Shown one piece after another: positions 51,451 through 59,645 of a stretch of 64,000 nucleotides of DNA. The stretch's first letter is position 1. Each line of letters starts with the position of its first letter. The notes under the pieces were generated by a model. That model was not told the origin of the DNA and ran no database searches. It saw nothing but the letters and a program-made list of their open reading frames with translations. Source of the DNA: Dehalococcoidia bacterium (GTDB lineage Bacteria; Chloroflexota; Dehalococcoidia; GIF9; AB-539-J10); the NCBI GenBank assembly GCA_003552125.1, contig PUON01000081.1, positions 4,417-68,416 on the forward strand, read 5' to 3'. Made by a program: the position numbers and the translations under genes.

Positions 51451-53043
51451 GTGAACCTGAGACGTCCTAATGCGAACGATGCAACGCGCACCGCCAACCG
51501 GTCCCGCGATGTGGTTCCCGTGAGCGGTCTATGCTCCCGGTGTATTGACGGGTGTACCGGCAACTGCGAGGTATTCAAGGCGAGTTTTCGCGCACGGGAA
51601 CTCATCTACCCCGGTCCGTTCGGCGAAGTTACCGCAGGTGCCGACAAAGACTATCCGGTCGACTACTCCCACCTCAACATCCAGGGCTATGCGATGGGAG
51701 CGAAGGGGCTGCCCGAGGGTGTCGATGGCAACTCGGACACCGCAACATTCCCCGCGGTCAGCACGGAAACGAGTTACGGATGGAATTCCAAGGTAAGCAT
51801 GCGCGTCCCGGTGTTCACCGGAGCCCTGGGGTCAACGGAGATTGCGAGAAAGAACTGGGACCACTTCGCGGTGGGCGCAGCGTTGAGTGGTATCACTCTC
51901 GTATGTGGAGAGAACGTCTGCGGCATTGATCCCGAACTGGAGCTGGATTCATACGGTAAGGTTCGGAGTGCTCCAGACATGGACAGACGCATCGAGACGT
52001 ACAGGAAGTACCAGGACGGCTATGGCGAGATTCTGGTGCAGGTGAATGTTGAAGACGCACGGCTGGGTGCGGCGGAGTACGTATACGCCAAACATGGACT
52101 GGAAAGCATCGAGTTGAAGTGGGGTCAGGGTGCCAAATGCATCGGCGGCGAGATCAAGGTCAACTCGCTGGAACGCGCTCTGCAATTGCAGCGGAGAGGA
52201 TATATAGTGACACCTGACCCATCTGATCCGACGAGCCAATCGGCTTTTCGCAGCGGTGCACTGAAAGAGGTCGAACGCCACAGCCGGCTTGGGTTCATAG
52301 ACGAACATGCGTTCTTGCAGGCCGTGGAGAACCTGCGCGATATTGGGTTCAAGCGAATCACGCTTAAAACCGGTGCTTACAGCCTGAGGGAACTGGCAAT
52401 GGCGATTAAGTGGGGTGCGAAGGCACACCTGGACCTGATTACTATCGATGGTGCACCGGGTGGAACCGGCATGAGTCCATGGAGGATGATGGAGGAATGG
52501 GGCATACCGAGTCTCTATCTCCACTCCGCTGCATACGAGTTCTCCGAAAGACTGTCGGCCAGGGGAGAGCGCGTACCAGACCTTGCGCTCGCAGGTGGAT
52601 TCAGCAGCGAAGATGGAATCTTCAAGGCATTAGCGCTTGGTGCGCCCTACGTCAAGGCGATATGCATGGGCCGGGCGCTCATGATACCCGGCATGGTAGG
52701 CAAGAACATAGAGAAGTGGCTCAGCGACGGTAAGTTGCCAAACACCATCAGTCAGTACGGCTCAACGCCCGAGGAGATCTTCATATGCTACGAGGAAGTG
52801 AAACACCTGGTGGGGCCTGAAGAGATGAGCCATATCCCGCTGGGAGCTATCGGGATCTATAGTTACGTACAGAAGCTGAAAGTCGGCCTGCAGCAGATCA
52901 TGGCAGGCAACCGCAATTTCAACGTTTCAACCATAAGCAGCAGCGACCTCATGGCATTGACTGAAGAGGCGGCCAGAGTGACTGGAATTCCCTATGTAAT
53001 GGATGCATACCGCGAGGATGCACTTGCGATACTCGATGGTTAG
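51451..53043 (+). CDS. glutamate synthase FMN-binding-domain (GltB domain 2)-like protein, divergent paralog 1
   Basis: Retains GQGAK and IDGAPGGTGMSP (GxGGTG) of the GltS central domain but lacks the PGxGGxLPGxKV stretch and the 3Fe-4S Cys triad. It carries instead an N-terminal CSRCIDGCTGNCE motif. GTG start 6 nt after AAGGAGG; the track ORF begins at 51358 inside the ferredoxin gene. Confidence 0.7.
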   Translation: MNLRRPNANDATRTANRSRDVVPVSGLCSRCIDGCTGNCEVFKASFRARELIYPGPFGEVTAGADKDYPVDYSHLNIQGYAMGAKGLPEGVDGNSDTATFPAVSTETSYGWNSKVSMRVPVFTGALGSTEIARKNWDHFAVGAALSGITLVCGENVCGIDPELELDSYGKVRSAPDMDRRIETYRKYQDGYGEILVQVNVEDARLGAAEYVYAKHGLESIELKWGQGAKCIGGEIKVNSLERALQLQRRGYIVTPDPSDPTSQSAFRSGALKEVERHSRLGFIDEHAFLQAVENLRDIGFKRITLKTGAYSLRELAMAIKWGAKAHLDLITIDGAPGGTGMSPWRMMEEWGIPSLYLHSAAYEFSERLSARGERVPDLALAGGFSSEDGIFKALALGAPYVKAICMGRALMIPGMVGKNIEKWLSDGKLPNTISQYGSTPEEIFICYEEVKHLVGPEEMSHIPLGAIGIYSYVQKLKVGLQQIMAGNRNFNVSTISSSDLMALTEEAARVTGIPYVMDAYREDALAILDG

Positions 53044-53073
53044 CGGGAAGAGATCGGTGAAGGAGCTGGACAG

Positions 53074-53445
53074 ATGTATCAGTACAACTGGGGTCCGCAT
53101 TTCATGGCGTCAACCGACGCCGCCCGAGTTCTCTCCGGCAGGGTACAACTGAAGGAGGAAGTGGATGAGGGATTGCTGCGGCGCGAATTGGACTTGATGG
53201 GTCTCTCCGGGCCGATAACGCGCATCATGAATCAATGGTTCATTCGCAGAATAGGTGAGAACACATGGCGTCAGTTAGCGGCATCCGACGAAAGGCCTTC
53301 TGATTTCAGAGTTATCTGGGACTCGACATCGGTGGAGAATGGTGACTATGAAGTCCTGGAACAGATGAACGTCTTCGTCAAGACAGGCAGTGAGCAGCAG
53401 GTCATCACACGAACCAACACGGTTAAGGTTGCGGTCGCCAATTAA
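53074..53445 (+). CDS. hypothetical protein (123 aa) embedded in the cluster
   Basis: ORF with GAAGGAG upstream. No motif recognised. Confidence 0.45.
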   Translation: MYQYNWGPHFMASTDAARVLSGRVQLKEEVDEGLLRRELDLMGLSGPITRIMNQWFIRRIGENTWRQLAASDERPSDFRVIWDSTSVENGDYEVLEQMNVFVKTGSEQQVITRTNTVKVAVAN

Positions 53446-53458
53446 CGGGTGGAGCACT

Positions 53459-54106
53459 ATGGATACACGTACAGTGGCAGTGATCGACTACGGCGCGGGC
53501 AACCTGAGGAGCGTACGTTCGGCCCTCTGCAGTCTCGGCTACAATGCATTGATTGTTGACTCAGCGCGCGGAGCCGCGGAGGCCCAAGCGATGATCCTTC
53601 CTGGTGTCGGCGCTGCTGCTGACACCATGCACAACCTGGTACGGAGCGGACTGGCACAGACTGTAATTGACTGGATCGCAGCGGGTCGACCGTTCCTGGG
53701 TATCTGCATGGGGATGCAGATCCTGTTCGAGTATTCCGACGAGGGGGGCGGCCAAAAGTGTCTTGGCGTGTTTCCAGGCAGGGTCGTGAAACTCCCAACC
53801 TCGCACAAAGTGCCGCACATGGGTTGGAATCAGGTGCACTACCGAAGAGATTCGGCGCTCTTTGACGGCATACCGAACGACTCAAACTTCTATTTCATAC
53901 ACAGCTATGTTGTGGAGCCAGAAGACGACGAAATGATCAAAGCTACTACAGAATACTCAGCGCAGTTCTGCAGCGTCATCAATCGCGGGGCAGTAGTTGC
54001 CGCGCAGTTCCATCCGGAAAAGAGCGGTGCGGTTGGGATGCGTTTCTATGAGAACTTCCTGTCGCTCGCTGCAGAGGGACGCTTGCGCCACGGGATATCC
54101 ACATGA
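53459..54106 (+). CDS. hisH: imidazole glycerol phosphate synthase, glutaminase subunit (class I GATase)
   Basis: VAVIDYGAGNLRSV...GVG...GICMGMQ...HMGWNQV...FHPEKS are HisH-specific motifs. Confidence 0.85.
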   Translation: MDTRTVAVIDYGAGNLRSVRSALCSLGYNALIVDSARGAAEAQAMILPGVGAAADTMHNLVRSGLAQTVIDWIAAGRPFLGICMGMQILFEYSDEGGGQKCLGVFPGRVVKLPTSHKVPHMGWNQVHYRRDSALFDGIPNDSNFYFIHSYVVEPEDDEMIKATTEYSAQFCSVINRGAVVAAQFHPEKSGAVGMRFYENFLSLAAEGRLRHGIST

Positions 54107-55446
54107 ACACTTACGAATACGTTATTGTCGGCAATTCCGCCGGCGGCCTTTCGGCCGCGAGAGAAATCCGCACCATCGACCAGTCCGGCGGCCTGTTGAT
54201 ACTGTCGGACGAGCAGTACCCTGCGTACTCACGTCCACTGATCGCAAAGCATATCTCACATACGAAGACAATTGAGGCAATGGAACTGGTCCCAAGAGAA
54301 TTCTACGTGGACAGCCATATGGAATGGTGGCCCGGAACTCGTGCAGTTCGCATCGACTACCCAGAGAGGACGGTTCTGCTGCATGATGGACGTTGCGTCC
54401 ACTGGAACAGTCTGCTATTGGCCACTGGCAGCAGTCCCATCGTGCCGCCGATTGAGGGCGTAACAAGGCAGGGAGTCCACACTTTCACTACCTATTGCGA
54501 CGCCGAATCCATCACAAGACAACTGCCGTCAGTACGACATGTTGTCGTAATTGGAGGTGGGTTCATCGGACTCAGTGCGGCGGATGCACTGCGACACAGA
54601 GAAGTTGACGTGACCATCGTGGAGATGCAGTCCAGGGTACTCAGCACAATGGTCGATGAAGAGGGATCGACACGCATTGAGGAGGCAGTCCGCGCTTCAG
54701 GAGCGGATGTCATCACAGGCAGACGAGTGGTCTCCATAAATGGTGATCACCCGGAATCATCGTCAGTGTCAAGCGTGACACTTGATGACAGGACTCGGCT
54801 CCAGTGCGAAATGGTCATACTGGCCGTGGGCGTCAGGCCACGCACTGAACTTGCGGAAGGCGTCGTGCCCATGAAGCAAGGCATCCTTGTGGACGAATTC
54901 ATGCGAACCGCCACGCCGGGCATCTATGCTTGTGGCGATGTATGCCAGACTCGTGATTTCGCGAGAGATGCAGACGCCGTGCTTCCCGTCTGGCCAAACG
55001 CGGTCGCTGGCGGCGCTGTAGCTGGCGCCACCATGGCAGGAATGCCTCGCAGCTACGAAGGTTCTACCACAATGAATGCAGTGCCATACTTCGGTCTCAG
55101 CGTGGTCTCCGCGGGCGTCGTGGAACACGACCCGGCCCTACACGACGTGTTGACCAGGCGGGATTCGACCGGATACACAAAGGTAGTACTCAAGGAAGGT
55201 GTGATCGTCGGCATGGTGTCGGTCGGCGACACGTCCCGGTGCGGTATCGTTTATCACCTCATGAAGCGCAAGGCAAATGTGGATAACTGGAAAGACATGC
55301 TCGTGCGAGAGGACTTTGGCATTCTCTCACTCCCAGATTCGTTGTGGCGAGATCAACTGACCCCCCTGGACGGGCGGCTACGCGACGAGACGGACAACGT
55401 TGCGAATGGTATAGTGAACCTGACCACAGGCGCGAAGAGATGGTGA
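54103..55446 (+). CDS. FAD-dependent pyridine nucleotide-disulfide-family oxidoreductase (NAD(P)H:acceptor reductase)
   Basis: Two Rossmann GxGxxG motifs, VIVGNSAGGLSAA (FAD) and VVVIGGGFIGLSAADAL (NAD(P)H), plus the C-terminal dimerisation region. ATGA overlap with hisH. Confidence 0.75.
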   Translation: MNTYEYVIVGNSAGGLSAAREIRTIDQSGGLLILSDEQYPAYSRPLIAKHISHTKTIEAMELVPREFYVDSHMEWWPGTRAVRIDYPERTVLLHDGRCVHWNSLLLATGSSPIVPPIEGVTRQGVHTFTTYCDAESITRQLPSVRHVVVIGGGFIGLSAADALRHREVDVTIVEMQSRVLSTMVDEEGSTRIEEAVRASGADVITGRRVVSINGDHPESSSVSSVTLDDRTRLQCEMVILAVGVRPRTELAEGVVPMKQGILVDEFMRTATPGIYACGDVCQTRDFARDADAVLPVWPNAVAGGAVAGATMAGMPRSYEGSTTMNAVPYFGLSVVSAGVVEHDPALHDVLTRRDSTGYTKVVLKEGVIVGMVSVGDTSRCGIVYHLMKRKANVDNWKDMLVREDFGILSLPDSLWRDQLTPLDGRLRDETDNVANGIVNLTTGAKRW

Positions 55447-55449
55447 TCC

Positions 55450-56109
55450 ATGAAAGATGTGACGAGACTCAATAACAGGTACGGAGACGACAAGGTCTTT
55501 GATGGATGCTCGATCTTCGGAGTCATGGACACCTCAGGTGCTCCGATGCCTGCCAATATCGCAGTTCAGGCCATCGATCTCATGCGCGACAGGGACAACG
55601 GGCTCGGTGGTGGCTTCGCTGCTTACGGACTCTACCCGGAGCACCCCAACAAATACGCGATGCATGTCATGTACACCAGCCCGGATGGAAAGCGTCAGAC
55701 AGAGGCTTACCTCGAGCAATGGTTCGATATCGACGTTTCAGAGGCCATGGACACAGATCCAACCGTTATTCAGGACAGTCCTTTGATGCAACGCTACTTC
55801 GCATCCATTCGTCGTGAACAACAGGGATCCAGAGACGAAGCCCAGCGCGTGGCGGACATCACTATGTACGTGAACTCACATATCAGCGACGCATTCATTT
55901 TTTCCGCTGGCAAGAACATGGGTGTCTTCAAAGGCGTGGGGCACCCCTACGATATCGCGCGCTTCTTTAAGCTCGAACAGTACAGCGGCTATATATGGAC
56001 CGCGCACGGCCGCTTCCCGACCAACACCCCCGGATGGTGGGGCGGTGCACATCCATTCAGTCTGCTGGACTGGACCGTAGTACACAACGGTGAGATATCG
56101 TCCTACTGA
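55450..56109 (+). CDS. class II (Ntn) glutamine amidotransferase, N-terminal portion, ending at an in-frame TGA
   Basis: CSIFGV (putative nucleophile Cys20 after a 19-aa leader), RFPTNT and VVHNGEISSY-TGA. The same reading frame continues into 56152..56598. Confidence 0.6.
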   Translation: MKDVTRLNNRYGDDKVFDGCSIFGVMDTSGAPMPANIAVQAIDLMRDRDNGLGGGFAAYGLYPEHPNKYAMHVMYTSPDGKRQTEAYLEQWFDIDVSEAMDTDPTVIQDSPLMQRYFASIRREQQGSRDEAQRVADITMYVNSHISDAFIFSAGKNMGVFKGVGHPYDIARFFKLEQYSGYIWTAHGRFPTNTPGWWGGAHPFSLLDWTVVHNGEISSY

Positions 56110-56151
56110 ATCAACCGGCGAACTCTGGAACAATACGGATACGATTGTGCA

Positions 56152-56598
56152 TTGCAGACAGACACCGAGGTCGTTACCTATGCCATGGATCTGCTTGTGC
56201 GCCGGCACGCCCTCTCCGTCGAGACTGCTGCGAGAGTACTCGCGGCGCCGTTCTGGTCCGATGCACCCCGGATTCAACCTGAGGAAGCAAAGACGATGGA
56301 GGCACTGAGGATTACCTACGGCGGCTTGCTGCTCAATGGGCCCTTCACCGTCATCATCGCTAGAGAAGGGGAAATGATAGGTTTGACCGACAGGATTCGA
56401 CTTCGCCCCCTCGTGGTCGCCTCATCGGGACCACGGGTGTACCTGTCATCAGAGGAATCGGCTATCCGACTTGTCGATCCGGAGATCGATGAGGCATGGA
56501 TACCAGTTGGTGGCCATCCGGTCGTCGCACGACGTGGACACGTCCCGACCCTTGAGGAACAATGGCCCGCAAGCGAGGTGTCTTCCGTTGCTGACTAA
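56152..56598 (+). CDS. class II glutamine amidotransferase, C-terminal portion (same frame as 55450..56109)
   Basis: ...SETDTEVV-like block [14 protein letters not shown] and [11 protein letters not shown] (DRNGLRP motif). There is no SD before the TTG 56152; the two pieces make one domain split only by TGA 56107-56109. Confidence 0.5.
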   Translation: MQTDTEVVTYAMDLLVRRHALSVETAARVLAAPFWSDAPRIQPEEAKTMEALRITYGGLLLNGPFTVIIAREGEMIGLTDRIRLRPLVVASSGPRVYLSSEESAIRLVDPEIDEAWIPVGGHPVVARRGHVPTLEEQWPASEVSSVAD

Positions 56599-57355
56599 GC
56601 GCATCATAGCTTGCCTCGACGTGAAAGACGGACGTGTCGTCAAGGGAACCAGCTTCGAGTCGCTACGCGACTCCGGCGATCCCGTCGAGCTTGCGCGCCG
56701 CTACTACTTCGAGGGTGCAGACGAACTGGTATTTCTCGACATCACCGCCAGCAAGGAGCATCGAGCCACCATGGCCGCACTGGTGGAGCGTGTCGCTGAC
56801 GCCGTGTTCATACCGCTCACTGTTGGTGGCGGACTGAACTCGGTTGAGGACATGCGGCGACTGCTTCTCTGTGGTGCAGACAAGATCTCGTTGAACACAG
56901 CGGCAGTCAAACAACCCGAGCTTATCAGTCGAGCAGCGGAGCGCTTCGGTAGCCAGTGCGTAGTTGTCGCTATTGACGCCAAGCGCGTGCCAGAACATGA
57001 GCCGTACAGATGGCTGGTACACACGTACGGCGGGAGTGTCGCAACTTCACTCGACGCAGTACAATGGGCCGCTCAGGTAGCAGAGCTTGGTGCGGGGGAG
57101 ATATTGTTGACCAGTATGGACGCAGATGGACACCGCGCCGGATACGACATCGAACTGACGAGAGTGGTTGCCACCTCAGTTCCAATTCCGGTTATCGCAA
57201 GTGGCGGCGCTGGGTCACCGGAGGATCTCCACCGTGCGCTGACCGATGGCAAAGCTGATGCCGTGCTCGCAGCCAGTATTTTTCACTACAGCGAGTTCGC
57301 GATTACACAGACGAAGGAATACCTGCACCACAAAGGCCTGAGTATCAGGCGATAG
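56588..57355 (+). CDS. hisF: imidazole glycerol phosphate synthase, cyclase subunit
   Basis: [39 protein letters not shown]...IPLTVGGG...ASGGAGS forms the HisF (beta/alpha)8 signature. TTG start 9 nt after GCGAGG, overlapping the amidotransferase 3' end. Confidence 0.85.
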   Translation: MLTKRIIACLDVKDGRVVKGTSFESLRDSGDPVELARRYYFEGADELVFLDITASKEHRATMAALVERVADAVFIPLTVGGGLNSVEDMRRLLLCGADKISLNTAAVKQPELISRAAERFGSQCVVVAIDAKRVPEHEPYRWLVHTYGGSVATSLDAVQWAAQVAELGAGEILLTSMDADGHRAGYDIELTRVVATSVPIPVIASGGAGSPEDLHRALTDGKADAVLAASIFHYSEFAITQTKEYLHHKGLSIRR

Positions 57356-57364
57356 GGTAGTGAC

Positions 57365-58867
57365 ATGAAGAGTTTCCTGCCGCCCAGGTTCATAGTTGAC
57401 CGCGATCCATCGCGCTGTATCCAGTGCAAGGTTTGCGTTAACCAGTGCAGCTTCGGAGTTCAGAGCTTCGATGAAGACGAACAGGCCCTTAAGTCACGTG
57501 AACAGAACTGCGTTGGATGCCACAGGTGCGTTGCGTTCTGCCCCACAAACGCCCTCATCATACGTCGCAATCCGCTTGATTACCGTGCAAATTTCAACTG
57601 GCGACCGGAGGTTATCGAGGACATCCTGAAGCAGGCCGAGAGCGGTGGCATGCTGCTGACGGGAATGGGCGACGACAAGAACCACACAATCTACTGGGAC
57701 CACCTGCTGCTTAACGCCAGCCAGGTAACCAATCCCTCCATCGATCCTTTGCGTGAACCTATGGAGCTCACGACCTTTCTCGGAAGAAAGCCCGACCGTC
57801 TTCAGTTCGATGAGCGTGGAAACCTGATCACCGTAATGGCGCCTCAGGTGAAGCTGGAGACACCAATTATGTTTGCCGCCATGTCCTACGGCGCAGTCAG
57901 TCTCAACGTCCATACTTCACTTGCTCGGGCTGCAACAGAGCTTGGAACACTTTGGAACACGGGAGAGGGCGGACTGCACCCCACACTCGCACGCTATGCG
58001 CCAAATACAGTTGTACAGGTGGCCTCAGGGCGTTACGGCGTGGATACTGACTACCTACGCAAGGCCCGTATCATCGAGATCAAGATAGGACAGGGTGCCA
58101 AACCTGGTATCGGTGGCCATCTCCCTGGAGAAAAAGTAACCGATGACGTCTCCCGAACACGAATGATTCCCAGCGGGACTGACGCAATCTCGCCGGCGCC
58201 TCATCACGACATCTACTCGATAGAAGACTTGCGCCAATTGATCTATGCGATTAAGGAAGCGACCAATTACGAGAAGCCGGTTTCGGTGAAGGTTGCTGCC
58301 GTGCACAACGTGGCAGCAATCGCCAGCGGGATGGTACGTGCGGGAGCAGATATGATCGTCGTTGACGGGTTGCGCGGGGCCACCGGCGCCGCACCGAAGG
58401 CTATTCGGGACAATGTCGGTATTCCTATCGAGCTCGCGCTCGCATCGGTTGACACCCGCCTGCGACAGGAAGGGATCCGCAATCAGGCTTCTGTCGTAGC
58501 TTCAGGTGGACTCCGTTGCAGTGGCGACGTCGCCAAGGCCATAGCCCTCGGTGCAGACGCGGTCTATATCGGCACCGCTGCGCTTATCGCCCTCGGCTGC
58601 CACGTGTGTCAGCAGTGTCACACAGGAAAGTGCAGTTGGGGCATATGCACCAGTGATCCGGCTCTCACGAAGCGTATCAACCCTGAAATAGGGGCACAAA
58701 GACTTGTGAATCTCGTCAGAGGCTGGAGCCTTGAGATCAAAGATATGCTGGGAGGCATGGGGGTTAACGCAGTTGAGAGTCTCAGAGGGAACCGGCTCCA
58801 TCTCAGGGGAGTGGGTTTGAGCGATACCGAACTGGACGTTCTTGGCGTAAAGATGGCGGGCGGCTGA
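57365..58867 (+). CDS. ferredoxin-fused glutamate synthase FMN-domain (GltB domain 2) protein, paralog 2
   Basis: N-terminal 2x[4Fe-4S] (CIQCKVCVNQC, CVGCHRCVAFCP). Canonical IEIKIGQGAKPGIGGHLPGEKV and VDGLRGATGAAP. Cys cluster CHVCQQCHTGKC is like the GltS 3Fe-4S site. Confidence 0.85.
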   Translation: MKSFLPPRFIVDRDPSRCIQCKVCVNQCSFGVQSFDEDEQALKSREQNCVGCHRCVAFCPTNALIIRRNPLDYRANFNWRPEVIEDILKQAESGGMLLTGMGDDKNHTIYWDHLLLNASQVTNPSIDPLREPMELTTFLGRKPDRLQFDERGNLITVMAPQVKLETPIMFAAMSYGAVSLNVHTSLARAATELGTLWNTGEGGLHPTLARYAPNTVVQVASGRYGVDTDYLRKARIIEIKIGQGAKPGIGGHLPGEKVTDDVSRTRMIPSGTDAISPAPHHDIYSIEDLRQLIYAIKEATNYEKPVSVKVAAVHNVAAIASGMVRAGADMIVVDGLRGATGAAPKAIRDNVGIPIELALASVDTRLRQEGIRNQASVVASGGLRCSGDVAKAIALGADAVYIGTAALIALGCHVCQQCHTGKCSWGICTSDPALTKRINPEIGAQRLVNLVRGWSLEIKDMLGGMGVNAVESLRGNRLHLRGVGLSDTELDVLGVKMAGG

Positions 58868-58898
58868 TATCAGGCTTCGTGAAACTGGAGACACAGCG

Positions 58899-59633
58899 AT
58901 GGAAATCAACGCACGTTTCATGAGCTACCGCGACCTGAACGCAGCCCTGAATCAGGCTGTCGATGCTGGCACAACGCACATCACCGTGCAGAACGTCAAC
59001 GGACAACGTTACATAGGAACAAACCTTCATGGTCGTGTAACAGTGGAACTCCATGGAACACCAGGCAACGACCTTGCTGCATTCATGAATGGGCCAGCGA
59101 TCATTGTGCGCGGTAACGGACAGGACGGCGGTGGCAACACTATGAATGGCGGCGAAATAGTGATCCACGGCCACGCGGGCGATGCGCTGGGCCTCGCGGC
59201 ACGGGGTGGCAGTATACTGGTTCGCGATGATGCCGGGTACCGGGCAGGCATCCACATGAAAGAATATCAGGGGCGTGGCGCGCTCGTTGTGATCGGTGGG
59301 GGCGCGCAGGACTTCCTGGGAGAATACATGGCTGGTGGCACACTGATCGTGTTAGGATTGTCACAGCGGGGCGCCGGGTGGTCACACACCAGATTTGTCG
59401 GAACGGGGATGCATGGAGGTGCGATTTACCTGCGCGGACGCATTGACAGTCACCAGATTGGGAAGGAAGTAGGCATAGCCCCTCCTGATGACAGAGATAC
59501 GCGAATCATCCAGGAAGCAGTCGCGAAATACTCGGAACACTTCGGCACCGACCCCAAGCGAATACTTGATGCCGAGTTCGTTAAGCTGTTTCCGCTGTAT
59601 CTGCGTCCCTACGGTCGATTGTATGCCTATTAA
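58899..59633 (+). CDS. glutamate synthase C-terminal GXGXG-domain protein (GltB domain 3 / FwdC-like)
   Basis: Repeated Gly-rich beta-helix motifs (GNGQDGGGNTMNGGEIVIHG, GGGAQDFLGEYMAGGTLIVLG). GGAG lies upstream. Confidence 0.85.
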   Translation: MEINARFMSYRDLNAALNQAVDAGTTHITVQNVNGQRYIGTNLHGRVTVELHGTPGNDLAAFMNGPAIIVRGNGQDGGGNTMNGGEIVIHGHAGDALGLAARGGSILVRDDAGYRAGIHMKEYQGRGALVVIGGGAQDFLGEYMAGGTLIVLGLSQRGAGWSHTRFVGTGMHGGAIYLRGRIDSHQIGKEVGIAPPDDRDTRIIQEAVAKYSEHFGTDPKRILDAEFVKLFPLYLRPYGRLYAY

Positions 59634-59645
59634 CCAGAGCAAGTC

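Noticed and set aside
56110-56170. SECIS element downstream of the in-frame TGA
   Set aside because: I looked for the 8-10-bp stem-loop that bacterial SECIS elements form within about 40 nt of UGA. Only a weak 6-bp interrupted stem (caat-a-cg gata cg attg) is present, so selenocysteine cannot be asserted from sequence alone. The question stays open in findings.
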